A DNA stretch of 64,000 nt, from NCBI GenBank assembly GCA_016748015.1, contig JAAOMT010000571.1, forward strand, positions 561,095-625,094. The letters run 5' to 3'. Below the pieces are notes generated by a model that worked only from the letters and a program-made list of their open reading frames with translations, was not told the origin of the DNA and made no database searches. Origin of the DNA: Geosiphon pyriformis uo1. Its lineage: Eukaryota; Fungi; Glomeromycota. The position numbers and the translations under genes are program-made. Positions 13,233-27,312 of the stretch are shown here, one piece after another (the first letter of the stretch is position 1; the number at the start of each line of letters is the position of its first letter).

Positions 13233-14135
13233 TGTTACAGGTGATTATTTTTGCTGTTGAATTAAATAACAAACCTGTAATTTGGTGCTCAAAAGCTACT
13301 TCCATTGAGACTGTTCTGCAGGTGCTGTATCTGAAGGTTTTGATGTATCTGAAGGTTTTGGTTAATCTGAAGGTTTTGGTTGAGTCTTTTGTATAATGAA
13401 CAGAGATTCAATAGTGTCGATAGTAGAAATATTTTCCAAGAGTTTTCCCAATTTCTTTCTCAGTGTGGTGGCCAGATTTAGTCTGGCAGTTGTGCCCTTC
13501 TAGTAAGCTATCCGATAATATATAAAAATCCTACCTGTATTTCTGGGTCTTTTACCAGGCTATTCTTGATGTCAATAACTCAGCACTTAATTGTTTATCA
13601 ATTAGTATATAACCACAAATCAAAATAAAATAAAGAAAAAGAAATAAAAGAAAATAAAGAAAACAAAAAAATAAGCCAAGGCGATTTGCAGATTAATATC
13701 CTGTCAATAGTCATGATCAAGAGCTATTGTTCCAGTATGGTCAAGTATCAATTACTATCAACATGAAGGGTTAATAGTGGGGAAGTGGATAAAGATATAA
13801 AATAATTATTTATTTAATGATTGCGTTTTTAGGCTAAGGATTCTGTGGTATCAATTCTGTCTTTTCTGTTTCTAACACTATTGCTATATATACATAATTG
13901 AGATTCTTCAATTCCTCGATTTTTTGCAACAAGAATCCTGGAATTTCTGGAATCCTGCGATTCCTTTGAGAGGAATCCTGGAATTCTGGAATCCTGCAAT
14001 TTCTTGTTGGGAATCCTGAAATTCCTGGAATCCTGCAATTCCTGAGAGGAATTCTGGAATTCCACATTTTACTATGCTTACTTCTGATTGGCTAATAATT
14101 ATGCTAATATATTTCTTATATTTCTATGAGTAACA
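13233..14135 (-). repeat. 3' LTR of element B
   Basis: Direct repeat of 22532-23434. Contains GGAAT(T)CCT arrays (~13910-14060) and 3 copies of an 18-bp TCTGAAGGTTTTG-core unit (~13328-13381). Confidence 0.95.
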
Positions 14136-14148
14136 TTATTTCCTCCTT

Positions 14149-14778
14149 TTAATATTGAGCTCTGTCAAAATCTAACTCATGTAATTCCTCCTCTTGAAGT
14201 ATTTCCTGGATTTTGTTTTCTAGAATTACTTGTGTTATTTGGGTCTGTAATTTTTCAAATTGAGCATTGGTGATTTTTCCCAATTGATTACTGGTAACCA
14301 GATCCATTGCTCTGTTGAGCAATATTTTTGGTTTATCTTAAAATGCTGTGTGTATTCAGTATATTGCTTGGACTTGTGTAGATAAGTTCTTCTTTTCCAC
14401 AAAATGTTCTAATTGTTGTAGTATTCTTTTGTCGAATAATCGCTTTGTTTTATCCGTATATAGATTCTGAATATTTATGTGTTGTCCCAAGTAAAAATAA
14501 CAATAGTTTCATGGAAATTGTTGTATCCACCAATTCTAAGTTTCTTTAGTCAACTCTTGATATAGTGACTCTTTTGTCAATTTTTTTATTGCTAATTTTA
14601 CTTTTGCCATAATTTTGTCCACAGTATTTTCAGTTTTCTTCTGTGTTCTGAGTTGAAATGTCTTTCTAGTATTTTGATATCAAATGGTTTGTTGATTGAT
14701 TGTAATCTCCATTTCTTGGTGTTGGATTAATTGAAAGAGTTGTTGTGCTAGTAAGTGAATGTTGTCTGTAATTTTCAT
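14149..14778 (-). pseudogene. ORF3 of element B (unknown function, env position)
   Basis: Homologous to C ORF3: FP.NYCY..L...NIQ.LY, ending DFDRAQY* at the PPT. Confidence 0.75.
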
Positions 14779-14832
14779 TTTTCTGATATTTCCTGTCATG
14801 TCTACCATGTCTTTATATATTCTTTTGATGGA

Positions 14833-16200
14833 TCAATTTAACGTGTTGTTGTCAATAATAATAATTGGTTCCAGATCTCGTGGAATCTTATCTGGTTGGA
14901 CTAATATTCTCTGTACTCCTAATTGTGGAATATTATTGGTAGATGGTAGTGTAATGTTGTGATATGGTTTCAGTCCATCTCCATGTGCTGCTTTGGTTAA
15001 AATTTTGTTATTCAATCTTAATTTGTAAGCTCCATTTCCTAGAATTTCTTCTATGTGAAATGGTCTGTCCTATTTGGGGTTAAATTTTCCACTCCATTGT
15101 TTTTCCGCTTTGGTACGATGTAGTAATACTTTGTCTCCGATCTTGAATTCAACTGGTTTGTCTGGTAGTTGACTATCATGTCTTTCTTTCTGTGTTTCTT
15201 GTGATTTTTGAATATTATCAGCTGCTCTTCTTCATTTGTTTTCCAATGTTTCTATTAAGTCATATGTTTTTTTCAGCAATGTTTCTTGAAAATTTTCAGC
15301 TGGATATGTATTAATTTCTCTCTCTACTGGTAACATTGCTATTTTCCCATATACTAATTCAAATGGTGTTGCTTGTGTAGTATCCTGTTTCGTTGTCCAA
15401 TAAGCAAATAGTACTGATAGTATGAACAAATCCCAATTGTTCTGGTTTTCTTGACTGAGCTTGGCTATTGCTTTACACAATGTTCTGTTGAATCTTTCTA
15501 CTAATCCGTTGGTTTGTGGATGGTATGGTAATGATAATAGTCTCTTAATTCCGAATCTTTGGCTTAATTCTGTTAATGTTCTGTTCACAAAATGAGTTCC
15601 TTGGTCTGATAATAATTCTTTTGGACATCCATGTTGACAAATCAAATCCTGATGAACGAATTTGGCAACGGATTCTGCATTCGCTCTTTGAATTGCTTTT
15701 ACCTCTGGCCATTTAGTAAGATAGTTCATAGTTACTGCTATGTATTTGTTTTCTCTGCTGGTGATTGTTAATGGTCCGACTAAATCAATTCCCATATGGT
15801 CAAATAGTTGTCCCACTTTGATTGGTCTTAATGGTTTACTGGGTTTTGTTCCTCCTCTTTGCTGACAAGCATCACAATTTTGCACATATTAAATGATGTC
15901 TGGATATATTGATGGCCAATAGTATTTTTTTCTAGTTCTTTCTATGGTTGCTTCTTTGTGAAAATATCCTGCTGTTGGATTTGAATGCATGTTGAATAAT
16001 ATTGTCTCTTTTTCTGGCTCCATAATTACTCTGGTTGGTTGATCTGGATCCCTTCTATTTTTCCAATAAAGTATATTTTGGTGAGTAATGAAATATTTTG
16101 ATTGGTGTTTAATACTCCTTTGTTCCGTATGTGATAAATTTTTTTTGAACTGTTGAGTGTTTAGATAATGTTGCAATTGTTGATATTTTTGTATGTTCAT
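14833..16200 (-). pseudogene. Integrase of element B (HHCC, DDE core, GPF/SH3-like C-terminus)
   Basis: MH...GYF...YYWP...CDACQ; DLVGPL; SDQGTHF; YHPQTNGLVERFN; DRPFHIEEILGNGAYKL. Confidence 0.93.
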
Positions 16201-16263
16201 CTTTTTGTTGTATTTTTCGTTGGTATTATTCTGGTTTTATTATATTTTTGGGTTGAAATGTTC

Positions 16264-19200
16264 TTAGATTTGTTTTATTTGCAATAAACCATCAGCATTT
16301 CCATTGTCTTTTCTCTTTTTGTAATGTATAGTATAATTGTATAGTGTGAGTGCCATTTTCCATCTTGACTGTCTTCCATTTCCAAATTCTTGTTTTTGGA
16401 GTGATGTTTATCCCTTGTGATCTGTATATACTTTAAACTTCTGGCTCAAGTATTCTTTTCATTTTATGACAGCCCAATATATTGCTAAGTGTTCTTGTTC
16501 TGGTGTTCTATAGTTCTTTTTGGCTGGTGTTAAATCTCTGCTGGCATATGCTACTGAATGTTTTCTGCCATCTGGTCCTCTCTAAGATAATACTGCTCTC
16601 AATGCTTGGCCAGATGCATCGGTGGTGATAATAAATGGTTTGCTGTAATCTGGATAGATCAGTACTGGAGTTTGGATAAGCTTTTTCCTCAGAATACCAA
16701 AAGCTTCTTGTTGACTTTCTGTCTATTTATATTTTGCATTTTTGTTTTGTAGTTGATTGAGTGACTGTGCTATCTTGGAAAAGTTCTTGATAAAATAACA
16801 ATAGTAGCTGGCAAATCCCAAGAATGATTTCAGTTCTGTTATATTGGTCAGCACTGGAAAGTTCTTTACTATCTCTATTTTCTCTGGATCCGTTTTGATG
16901 CCATCTTTGCTAACTATGTGTCCCAAGAATTTGAGTTCTGTTTTGCCAAAGAAGCATTTTGTCGCATTCAACTTCAGTCCTGCCCTTCTCAGTCTTTCGA
17001 ACACTTATTGAAGATGATGAAGATGATCATCAAACATCTTTGAAAATACATTGGTGTCGTCCAAGTATACAGCTACTGATTTCCACAATAAGCCAGTATA
17101 AACAATTTTCATTAGCCATTGGAATGTTGCTGGGGCATTGGTTAAGCCGAATGGCATCACTTCAAATTCGAAATTCCCTTCTCTAGTAGTAAATGCCATT
17201 TTCTCTTTGTTAGCTGAATTCATGGCTACTTACCAGTAACCACTGTCCAAATTTAATGTAGAAAACCATTTGTTCCCACTGAAAGCATCGAATAATTCCT
17301 GTATTCATGGAGTTGGATAACTGTTTTCACAAGTTACACCATTGAGTTCCTGTAGTCTACACAAAACCAGATTTTTCTATTTTTCTTATGAATGAGTACC
17401 ACTGGTGATGACCATGGACTTATTGATGGTTGAATTAGCCCATTGTCAAGCATTCTGTTTATCTCTTGACGAATAATCTTGTGGCTGGCTGGCAACACTC
17501 TGTATGCTCTTTGTTTGATTGGCATTGCATCTCCAGTCTTGATCTGATGCTAAATAATATTAGTTCGGCCAAACTCATTTTCGCTGGCAAAGATGTCATT
17601 GAAATTGTTGAGTAACATCTTGAGCTGCATACATTGGAGTGGATCTAAGTTTCTCATGTTCACTTGTTCTAATTGTTCTGGTTGGAGCAAATAACATTCG
17701 TCTCATCCATAGATTGTCTGTGATGTGATGTCAACATATCCACAAAGTTGTGGAAAGTCTGGAATGGAGTTGGGTGGTTGGTTTTCTATTTCTGTGGTTA
17801 AATATCTGATGGTAATTCCTTCTGGTATGTTGATGACATTGCCAGTGTTGTTGTAGATGAGAATTTTTATGCTGCTATAGCTTTTGGCTGGTATGTAGAG
17901 ATTGATCAACCCAATCTCTCCTGATTCACAAAGGGTTGCTTTCGCTTCAAAAATCTGTTCTTGCTCCTTTTCCTTCCTTTCTATTGCTAACATATACTGG
18001 CTATATAATGGGATAGAGATAGCTTGACCAGTTGAGATAATTTCTCCTTGGCCAACAGTTTTTTCCTCTGCCATGTTAACTGGTATATTTATTCTATCTG
18101 TGGATCCAAATCCCTGTATTCCTCTTGCCGTTATTCCTAATTCCTCCCTCTTTCCCACTGATACTAACTGAGCTATTCTAACCAGAGGCAGAAATATTGT
18201 CTGTGCTATCTTTTCATTGGGCTCTATTACATAGGCTTTTTCTGAGTTATTTTGTAACATAGCGATGATATTTTCTACATATTCCGCATCAATTATTTCT
18301 TCTCTTATATTGATCCCTCTTTTTACTAAGCTACTCCTAGATGCTAATTGAACCATTGTTGTTGCCAGAATTTCTAGTGCTATTTTCAGATCAATGCAGG
18401 TACATGAATGCAGTTCTAATTTGATGGCATCTTTTCCTGGATATCTCAGATCAAACTCTGCATCCATATTATGCACATGTTCTGGCATAATACCTTCCCT
18501 ATTGTCACTATACTATTTCAACTCTTGTTTCTTGGAGAGATCTGGTAGTGCAATGTATTGTTCATAGTTTACATTGGGTTTTGAATCTGAGTCTGAATCG
18601 TTTTCATCATTATTGTCAATTTGAACGGAGCTTGAACCATTGTTATTGTCATCATTGTTGGAGTTTGAATCGCGATTGATCAGCGATTCTGATTCTGATG
18701 TGCAGCTGCTGATTGGTTCTTCTTCTTCAGGGATTGAGTAGATTATGCGTGGTGGTGGATTGTAAATAAGGTCATACTCATCACAATACTGGAAGTCATA
18801 GGGAATTAGGCAGTGTTGATATAGTCAAGCATTCAACTGCTCTAATTGTTGTTCTTGTTCTTCTCTTGTGGGTGCTAATTCTTGGTAGTGTTCATGGAAT
18901 TGTTCCAGATTCAGGAGGTTTATGATGGGTTCTGCATCTCAGTCAAGCTCTAAAGGTTCTGGAGGATTGTCTTTGATTGTTTTTATTTTTTCTGGCGTCG
19001 CCTCTTCAATTTTTGCAAGTGTCATTCACCAAATTTTGTTGTCATCATGTGAACAACTGTCCAGTCACTGCACAGCTTTTCTCCAGGCTGCTTCTATTGA
19101 GGTTCCTTTTCTTATCCAGTCACTTATTAGAATTGTGTATTGACATGACACGTCACATGTTCCTCCCCATCCTGGGATGTCGTTCCATATCTCTTCATCT

Positions 19201-22200
19201 AGCAAGGTCTTCTCACAAGCAAGACAAGATTGGTTATCCCATTTTTCTTGTCTCTTTGGTCATCCGAAGTGTTCGAGTAAGCATGGACAACAGTAAAATT
19301 TTGTTGTGGTATGGTATTCCTCATTGTTACTACAGCATACACCCATTGATGACAATTTCTTGCCACAATCAACACATATAAGCTTAAGTCAATGATAGGT
19401 AGATTGTTGTGGAATAGTGTAGGTGTTATAAGTGGTGGTGGTTTGGGTGGTCTCTTTTTCTTTTCCTTTCCCTTTATTTTCTTTGTCTTCTTCCCATTCC
19501 CAGCTTGATGTCAGTTCGCTCTCATCATTGTCAGTTCATGTCAAGTTATCGGTTTTCCAGGTAAGTTCTTCTTTTTGTTTCCCTTTTTTCTTGTTGTTGT
19601 TGTCCCAGGAGAATATTGGCGGCAGTTTGTTGTGCTCTTTGTCAGCCCACAATACTTGGTAGGCTTCCCAGGTTGGCTTTTCTTTCTCCTCCTCCAGTTT
19701 GATCAATAGTTTCTCTCTTGAAGGAGTTTTGAAGTGGCCAAACATGGCCGGAACATGTATATGTTGGTCCTGATATATTAGCTGGAGTTTTTGGGTGTTT
19801 CAGTCTAACATTGCATTGACTTTGGATAACCAGTCATTACCAATGAGAGCTTGGTATTGAGTGGTTTCTATTACTAGAACTTTGATGAGAGTCATGATGC
19901 CATTGACTTCAAAAGGAAAGTCGTCAATTTTGCCAATTGGAGTTTTGGTTGCTCCATCAGCTGTGATGATTCTGGCGCTGGCAGCTCGATCAACTCGGTG
20001 ACCTAATTGATCCATGAGTTGTCTTGTGATTATGCTGCCTGCAGAACCACTGTCCAGGATCAATTTGATGGATTGTCCTTTGACTTTGGCATCAGTGTAC
20101 ATCGCGGTGATTGGTTTGGCTTCAAGAGTGGCTTCACTAAACAATGGTGTTGCAGCTGTTTCTTTGAATTCGAATGGGAAGATAGTGGCCAATGACTTGT
20201 CTTCGATGATGGTAGTAAGTGGGATATTACTGGTGAGTAATTGTTTTGGGGTAAATGCTGGGTTATTGGTTGAAGCGTCTTCTGAGGTGACCAGAAGACT
20301 TAAATAGTCCTGGGAATTTGGGTTTTGGACACGACTAGTATTCAAATTCTGGGTGCATGATCTTGATGGTGGGTCTAGCAAACGGGGAATCAGTTGGTGA
20401 ACAACCATCACTGATCTCCAGTTTTAAGTGACTCTGGATCGAGGGTTGCCTGATGTCATTTGAGTTGGGTTCTGGGGCGGTGTTTGAATTGGTTGGAGTT
20501 GATAGATGATTTGTGACTGTGGTTAATATATTACTTGTGGCTGCGGCTGATAAATCGGAGGTTAATATACTGGCAGTTAATAGATTGGTTGCTGCATCAT
20601 TGGCAGGTAATTATTCCGATATTGGTCTTGACTTTGATTTGGATAATGATTCGGAGTTTGGAACTGGTGATCAGGGTTTCGATATTGATTTTCCGATCAT
20701 TGGTTATTTAAACACTGGCAACAGTCAATTTGGATATGTTCTTGGTTACCACAATAATGGCAGATATGCATTTCCTGTTGCCACTGTTGATTGGTTGATG
20801 AAGATGAATGCAGTTGATTTTGGCCACAATTAGGATGTCCTTGATTATTGCATCGTTGTGAAGGCTGATAAATGGCATAATTGTCAGCTAAGTATCCTTC
20901 CAATCTCTTATTAATTAATTCACTGAACTTCTCCAATTTGAAATCCAATTCAGATGATCCGTTCATTACTAGATTAACGGCTTGGGTATGGTTAGCCTCT
21001 GACTCAGTGGATTCAAAATCTTTGGTGTGTGTGACTGTGTTTTGAAGTGTGCCAGAATGCAACGGACATACATGTTGCAAGATGCTGCTGTGTAGGCCAC
21101 AGATAAACTGGTTGAGTATCTGTGGTGCTGTGAAATAGTCATTATCAATTGCTTAAATTTGGTGCAAGTTTCGATGAAAGCGTCCCAAGTAAGTGGTGAC
21201 TGCTTTAGTTTCTTCTTGTTTTATGGTGGTGAATGTATTGACTAGGCAATTGATGCTATTGTTGTTGCTGAAGTATCTTAGGAATTTTACTTTGAAGACA
21301 TTGAAATCTTGTGGTTTATTAACCAAGCTCTGATACTATGAATTGGCAGTATCCTTGAAAAAGTAGGGAATGGCTTGCATTACTCGAGTGTCATTCCATC
21401 CATTGGCTGCAATGGCCTTTTTTACATTATTCAGTCATATTTGAGCGTCATCTTCTTTGCCAGTAAAGTTGTCAAGTTTTGCGATGGGTGCATAGGCCAT
21501 TGGGTCTAAGTTAGGTGGTTGTGGTGGCTGTTGAAGTAGTTGTTGGGGTGGTAGTTGAAGTGGCTGCTGTATGGGTTCGGCTATGGGATTAATTAGTGGT
21601 TGATTGATGATAATTACTGGAGGTAAGTTTTGCTGATTAATTAATTCGGAGTTTTGATTTCTTGGATTTGGCGGCGTTTGAATATTTGGAGTTTTAATTT
21701 CCGGATTTTCTAACTGTTGCTGAGTTTGAATGTTCGGGGTTTCAACTTCCGGGTTTTCAAGTATCAGGTGTAAGTAAGTGAATTCTTAATCCTCTGATTC
21801 TTCTTCCTTTTTTTCTGATTCTGCTGCTTTCCATGGATCAAAGATTCCGAAATCTGGTGGAGGCGGTGGTGATCAAAGTCCTAATGGGGTTGATGATCGC
21901 AAATTAAATCCCTTAAAGTATTTGCCATATAGTCCTAACAATTCTGTTTTCCTTTGTCTACTTTGGAATAGGAATCATCCAAATGCTGATGTTACAGTTG
22001 ATGGAAACGCGTTGGTTGATGATATGTTGATGGCATTTCCAGGTGTATAGTGGTAGGATGGATTGCTTGGGGATTCAACTCTGTTTTTCTTCCAAGCAGG
22101 TGGCTGTAATTTTCTGGGTGTTACTGCTGATGTTTGTAATTTTCCCTTGCCTTTACTAGCGTATGTAATTGGATATCTTTGTTGAGTGTGGTGTTCAATT

Positions 22201-22469
22201 TCTTTGTTGATCTCAGTGATGATGGATGCAAAATTATGATTTATTGGTAGGTTGGTGTTTTGAATTAATTCTTTATAGAAAGTTTCTCTTGCTGATTCAG
22301 TATTCACTAGTGTTCCTAATAAAAAAGAAATCTTTTTGTTGACGTAGAAATTGAAGGCTGATTCGGCGGATATATGATTGTGGTTTAATCCCAAGTATTA
22401 ACAATAGTGTTGAAATAAGGATTTTGCGAATCCTAAATGGTTTGCTCCTAAAATTTCTGATTCTGCCAC
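16264..22469 (-). pseudogene. gag-PR-Cys-rich-dUTPase-RT-RNase H polyprotein of element B
   Basis: Zn knuckle CHYCGNQEHIQIDC; LILDSG; dUTPase ORF 17703-18488; RT VMPFGLTNAPATFQ and VYLDD; RNase H TDASG...AYASR...NADGL. Confidence 0.93.
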
Positions 22470-22531
22470 TTTTGGTTTGGTGTTGTCGGTGCTGGTTCTC
22501 TGTAGGATTATATCTCACAGGAAGCACCAAA

Positions 22532-23434
22532 TGTTACAGGTGATTATTTTTGCTGTTGAATTAAATAACAAACTCGTAACTTGGTGTTCAAAAGCTATTT
22601 CCGTTGAGGCTGTTCTGCAGGTGCTGTATCTGAAGGTTTTGATATATCTAAAGGTTTTGGTTGATCTGAAGATTTTGGTTGAGTCTTTTGTATAATAGAC
22701 AGAGATTCAATAGTGTCAATAGTAGAGATATTTTCCAAGAGTTTTCCCAATTTTTTTCTCAGCGTGGTGGCCAGATTTAGTCTGGCAGTCGTGCCCTTTT
22801 AGTAAGCTATCCGATAATATATAAAAATCCTACTCATATTTCTGGGTCTTTTACCAGGCTATCCTTGACATCAATAACTCAGCGCTTAATTGTTTATCAA
22901 TTAGTATATAACCACAAATCAAAATAAAATAAAGAAAAAAAAATAAAAGAAAATAAAGAAAGCAAAGAAATAAGCCAAGGTGATTTGCAGATTAGTATCC
23001 CATCAATAGCCGTGATCAAGAGTTATTGTTCTAGCGTGGTCAAGTATCAATTACTATCAACATAAAGGGTTGATAGTGAGAAAGTAGATGGAGATATAAA
23101 ATAATTATTTATTTGATGATTGCATTTTTAGGCTAAGGATTCTGTGGTATCGATTCTGTCTTTTCTGTTTCTAACACTACTGCTATATATACATAATTGA
23201 AATTCCTCAATTCCTCGATTCTTCATGACAGGAATCTTGGAATTTCTGGAATCCTGTGATTTCTTTGAGAGGAATTCTGGAATTCTGGAATTCTGCAATT
23301 TCTCGTTGGGAATCCTAAAATTCCTGGAATCCTGCAATTCCTGAAAGGAATCCTGGAATTCCACATTTTACTACGCTTACTTCTGATTGGCTAATAATTA
23401 TGCTAATATATTTCTTATATTTCTATGAATAACA
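22532..23434 (-). repeat. 5' LTR of element B
   Basis: TGTTACA...ATAACA termini, adjacent to the PBS. Confidence 0.95.
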
Positions 23435-26286
23435 GCAGAGACAATTTTTTGGTTTTGAAGGGTACAATGACACAGTTTCTTATCTTTGCTGTCAACTCTG
23501 TAGTTGAAGATACTCTGGAGAAGAACTACGAGCTTTGGCTGGTGTTGCAAGACATGAAAAAGACCTATGATTCTGTCAGCTGGGAGCATTTAAAAAAGAG
23601 TCTGATTAGAATTAAAATGTGTGGCAGGTTCATTCGATTTTTTGGTAACATTCACAATAACCGAGTCAACAGAATAATGACTCTCTTTGGCCTAACTGAT
23701 GATTATCAAGTCCATGATGGTCTGGATCAAAGGAAAGTGTTCTCACCTCTTTTCTGGCATATATTTTATGATTCTCTTTTGTGTGAAGTCAAGAGGCAAA
23801 AAAAATTTTGTGGATATAGGTTGAATTCTCATTTTGTTGCTAGGACTGGCCGTGTTAAACCTCGGGCTGGTTTTTCTTTTTTTTTTGCTGCTGGTGCTTT
23901 TGTGGATGATACAATTTGGGTCAGCAGCAGTTAGACTGCAACACAACACATTCTCAATGTTGCTAGTGAATTTTTTAGAATTAATGATATTTCAATAAAC
24001 AATGATAAAATAGTGGCAATTCCTATTAACTGTAGAATTGTGAACCCCTTTCTGACAATTAGTGGTGCACCTATTTCTATTGCTAAGAAAAGGAAATCTC
24101 ACTGGTATTTGGGCATCTTTCTGTTTACAGATGGTTTGTTGAAGCCCAGTTTGGCCAAGGCACATTCAGATGTCTGGTTTTTTACCAATCTCATCCTGAA
24201 GAAGGCCATCTTTGATAAGCAATTCTTTTATTTGGTTTCAGCAGTTTTTCATCCCATTGTCAGTTATAGAATGCAGTTTAGTTTTGTTCCACTTAGTGTT
24301 TGCTGTAAATGAGATGCTTTGATTCATAAAGGCTTCAAATCCAAAGTGGGTCTTCCTTCGGACTTCTCCAATAATGCTCTTCATCACCTCTTCCTTTACG
24401 GCTTAAAAACTTTTGAACAGATTTAGGTCGAGAGTAAATCGGTGTCTGTAGTGTGTTTTGCCAATGCTGTTGGAATTCTGGGTCATTTGTTTCTCCATAG
24501 GTCTCATGACTTACAGACTCTGAGCTGGCATCCTGTGCATTCTTTGGTCTCCTCAGCTCATTTAAAATTGAATTCCTCGAACAATTTTTTGGCAGGTGTG
24601 GTTTGTGTTTTTGCCGATTGCAGTTTATCTTTTAGTAGTCTCAGCCCCAGTGCATTTTGATTCTCTCATGGTACCTCCATGTCTTTGGTTCTTAAAGAGA
24701 TGAAATTTTCTAAGTGTTTCTCCTCACTTCAGTGGTATGGAATTGCCTTTGTGGAACAATTGTGTCATTACAATAGTGGTGCTTTTGATTGGAAGACTTT
24801 CAAGTATTGGAAAAGGCTGGACCCGCGTGGCTCTATTCCTGATTGGTTTAGTGTTTCTATTGATCATCTTGGTAGTGCAGAGTTATCTTTTTCTGTTTGT
24901 GACTGTTCGGTGGGTGTTTCTTTTGCTCCTAATGTCTTGGAATCCACTGATTTTGATTTGGTTCGTAATTGTTTGTTGGGATTGGGTGCTGATAGCCTTT
25001 CGGTTTATACTGATGGATCCTTGGCTGGTTTGGGTACTCTCAGTGTTAAATCGGGTGTGGTGGTTTTCTTTGATAATATTAATATGGGTTTGGGTGTTAA
25101 GGTTTTGGGTTTGTTGTCATCTACTTTGGTGGAATTGCAAGCTATTGCACTTGCTCTCAAGTGTGTTTCTGCAATTAGCAAAGTTTGCTTATTTTCAGAT
25201 AGTCAGGCTGCATTGAATGCTTGCAGGTTAGAATTGGATTTGGCACATCTGAATTTTCGGAATAGTTGTTGGGTGGAGTGTCATTATATTGCTAATCTTG
25301 TTCATGCTAAGAGGTTGGATGTCAGCTGGTGTAAGGTTAAAGGACATTTTGGTGTTATGGGTAATGACCGGGCTGATGAACAGGCTGGCCGTGTAGCTCT
25401 TTCTGATTTTGTTCTTCCCTTTTGGCTGAATGAGCGGTTTATTCTGGCTGGTGGTGGTCCTGTTTTGGGTAATTTTAGGCATTTTGTGTGTGACATTTAT
25501 CAGTCCATTTACCATTCGCGTTGGAGTTTCAGTTCGGGTACTAGGGTTGTTGCTGGCAAATTGCTCTCTAATATCGATTGGTGCAGGTCTTTTTCTGTTT
25601 GGCATCCTGATTCACACATGGCTGCTGGCTTCACCAGTATATGGACTGCTGGTTTGTACATGTATTTTATAAAAGCTCTGCATTACAGACTGCCTGTGGC
25701 CATTTGCAAATGCCTTTATAATAGGAGTTACTTTAGTGTGGTTTGCTTGTATTGTAAATGTGTAGAGATTTCAGACCATGTCTTTTCCTGTGATTCTGAC
25801 TTTGCTAATCATGATCGGCTGCTTGGTGATTTTGCGGTTAAATGAGAAGGTATTTCTGGCCCTCACTGCCCTTCTTCTCACGTGCTGCGAACTTTTTCTT
25901 CTTGTATTTTTGACATCTCAGTCCGTGTTGCTCTATGCAAAGACTTTGTTTTTAATAATTGGTTTTCTGAAATGGTTTCTGTTTTTGATGATCTGAAGCT
26001 TGCTGGTGCGAAAATTGTGGACTTTATCCATGATTTTTGCCTAGCTTTTAGAGATGAGGTTTGGTTGGTTCATGTCAAACATTGTGCATTTATGGAGAAA
26101 CATGGGTTAATTCCTCGAAACAGTTCTATGCCAGTTATTATTTCTGGTCTGTCTTCCCTGTATTCGGCTGGGATTGTCAGGTTGTTGGGTATTAACAATG
26201 CATTGGGTATTAGGTTTGGTTTGTGTAAATTTAATTTGTTCATTTCAGGTGCTTTAAATGCGGTTTCCATTCATATAGGTGCATAG
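23435..26286 (+). pseudogene. LINE ORF2, 3' part: RT (AFVDD), RNase H and C-terminal CCHC
   Basis: LQDMKKTYDSV; GLDQ; AFVDDTIW; VYTDGS...VELQAI...FSDSQ...KVKGH.GVMGNDRAD; CLYC..VE.SDHVFSC. Confidence 0.93.
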
Positions 26287-27312
26287 TGTTGTTCTGATTG
26301 GCCTGAATGGCTAGTCATGTGTAGAAGGTACATGATTCACATCTAATTTAGATCAATTATTTGATGTATAGTTTTAGGTAGTGTTTGGACTTCACTCAAT
26401 AAACGTGATAAAAAAAAACAAATAAAACAAAAAATTAACTAAGACCAGTTTGATTTTAAAAATAATACTAAGTACTAAAGCAAAAACTATTTACTTAAAG
26501 AATTTTTAATAATTAAAAATTGTTTTTTAAATATTATTAAAGACAACATTAAAAAACAAAAAAAAATTGATTTAGTTTTTATTTAATCGGCTTAATTTTT
26601 AAGATTAAATAACTTAATAAATTGTTTTGCTTCTAGAATTAACAATAATTTACCAAAGTCAGAATTGGGTCTGGTGTGTTCCAACTTTTGTAATCAGTGT
26701 TGGATCGAACATTGCCATATTGTCAATGTTATTTACAGTAAGAATTTGAGAATCAGCTGACATAAGGTTAAAGACCACTTTGGTATTTCAGAGAATGAGC
26801 ATACTGATGTGATTACTGGCAACATTTCTCTCTCTAGTTGGTATCTTCCTCTTTGTTTGAGTAAATACTTCATAATGGCTAATGGTAGTATGATTTTTGA
26901 CAATTCTAGACATTTTGTCTATAATATTTATTGTTCAGTTTGTTATGTATGCTAGGAGATTGGTTCTGGTTCAAAGTTCTTGGAAGATGATTTGCTCTCT
27001 AATGTTGACTGGGTTTGTTTTTCTTTGGTGTGGCATCTTGATTTATACATGGCTACTGGTTTTACTAGCCGATCCTCAGCTAATGCATACACATACTTCA
27101 TAAAAACTTTACATCATTACTTGTCTGTTGCCATTCAGAAGCATCTTTATAGTAAACTTTATTTCAGTGTGTTGTGCTTATATTGTGGTGAAGTGGAGGT
27201 GTCAGATCATGTATTCTCTTGTAAGGTTGACGAATTTGCCTGCTATCAGTTATTAGATTTTCATGTGAATTCTTGAAAGGCACTTTCTGGCTTTCCCCAT
27301 TCTTTTTCACAT

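Larger units (their letters stand above)
13233..23434 (-). mobile_element. Complete Ty3/Gypsy LTR retrotransposon, family B (10.2 kb), degenerate
   Basis: 903-bp LTRs at 13233-14135 and 22532-23434. PBS TGGTGCTTC at 22521-22529, PPT at 14136-14150. Order gag-PR-dUT-RT-RH-IN. 4-bp TSD ATGG/GCAG (copy 2 of the LINE has the site once, as ACAG). Confidence 0.97.
9416..26418 (+). mobile_element. Full-length LINE copy 1 (ORF1 plus APE-RT-RNase H-CCHC ORF2), interrupted by Gypsy element B
   Basis: Same 5' end as copy 2. AATAAA at 26398 followed by an A-tail at 26410-26418. Collinear with the minus-strand copy at 50861-57595. Confidence 0.95.

Noticed and set aside
13829-14067. ORFs MEFQNSSQELQDSR... 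(also 23128-23364) as genes
   Set aside because: They are translations of the LTR tandem array and show no domain signal.
24737-25605. Overlapping and antisense ORFs recurring in both LINE copies
   Set aside because: Recurrence follows from high nucleotide identity between copies; no independent coding evidence.
9380-26430. TSD for LINE copy 1
   Set aside because: Both flanks are A-rich or (TA)n, so no unambiguous duplication can be called.
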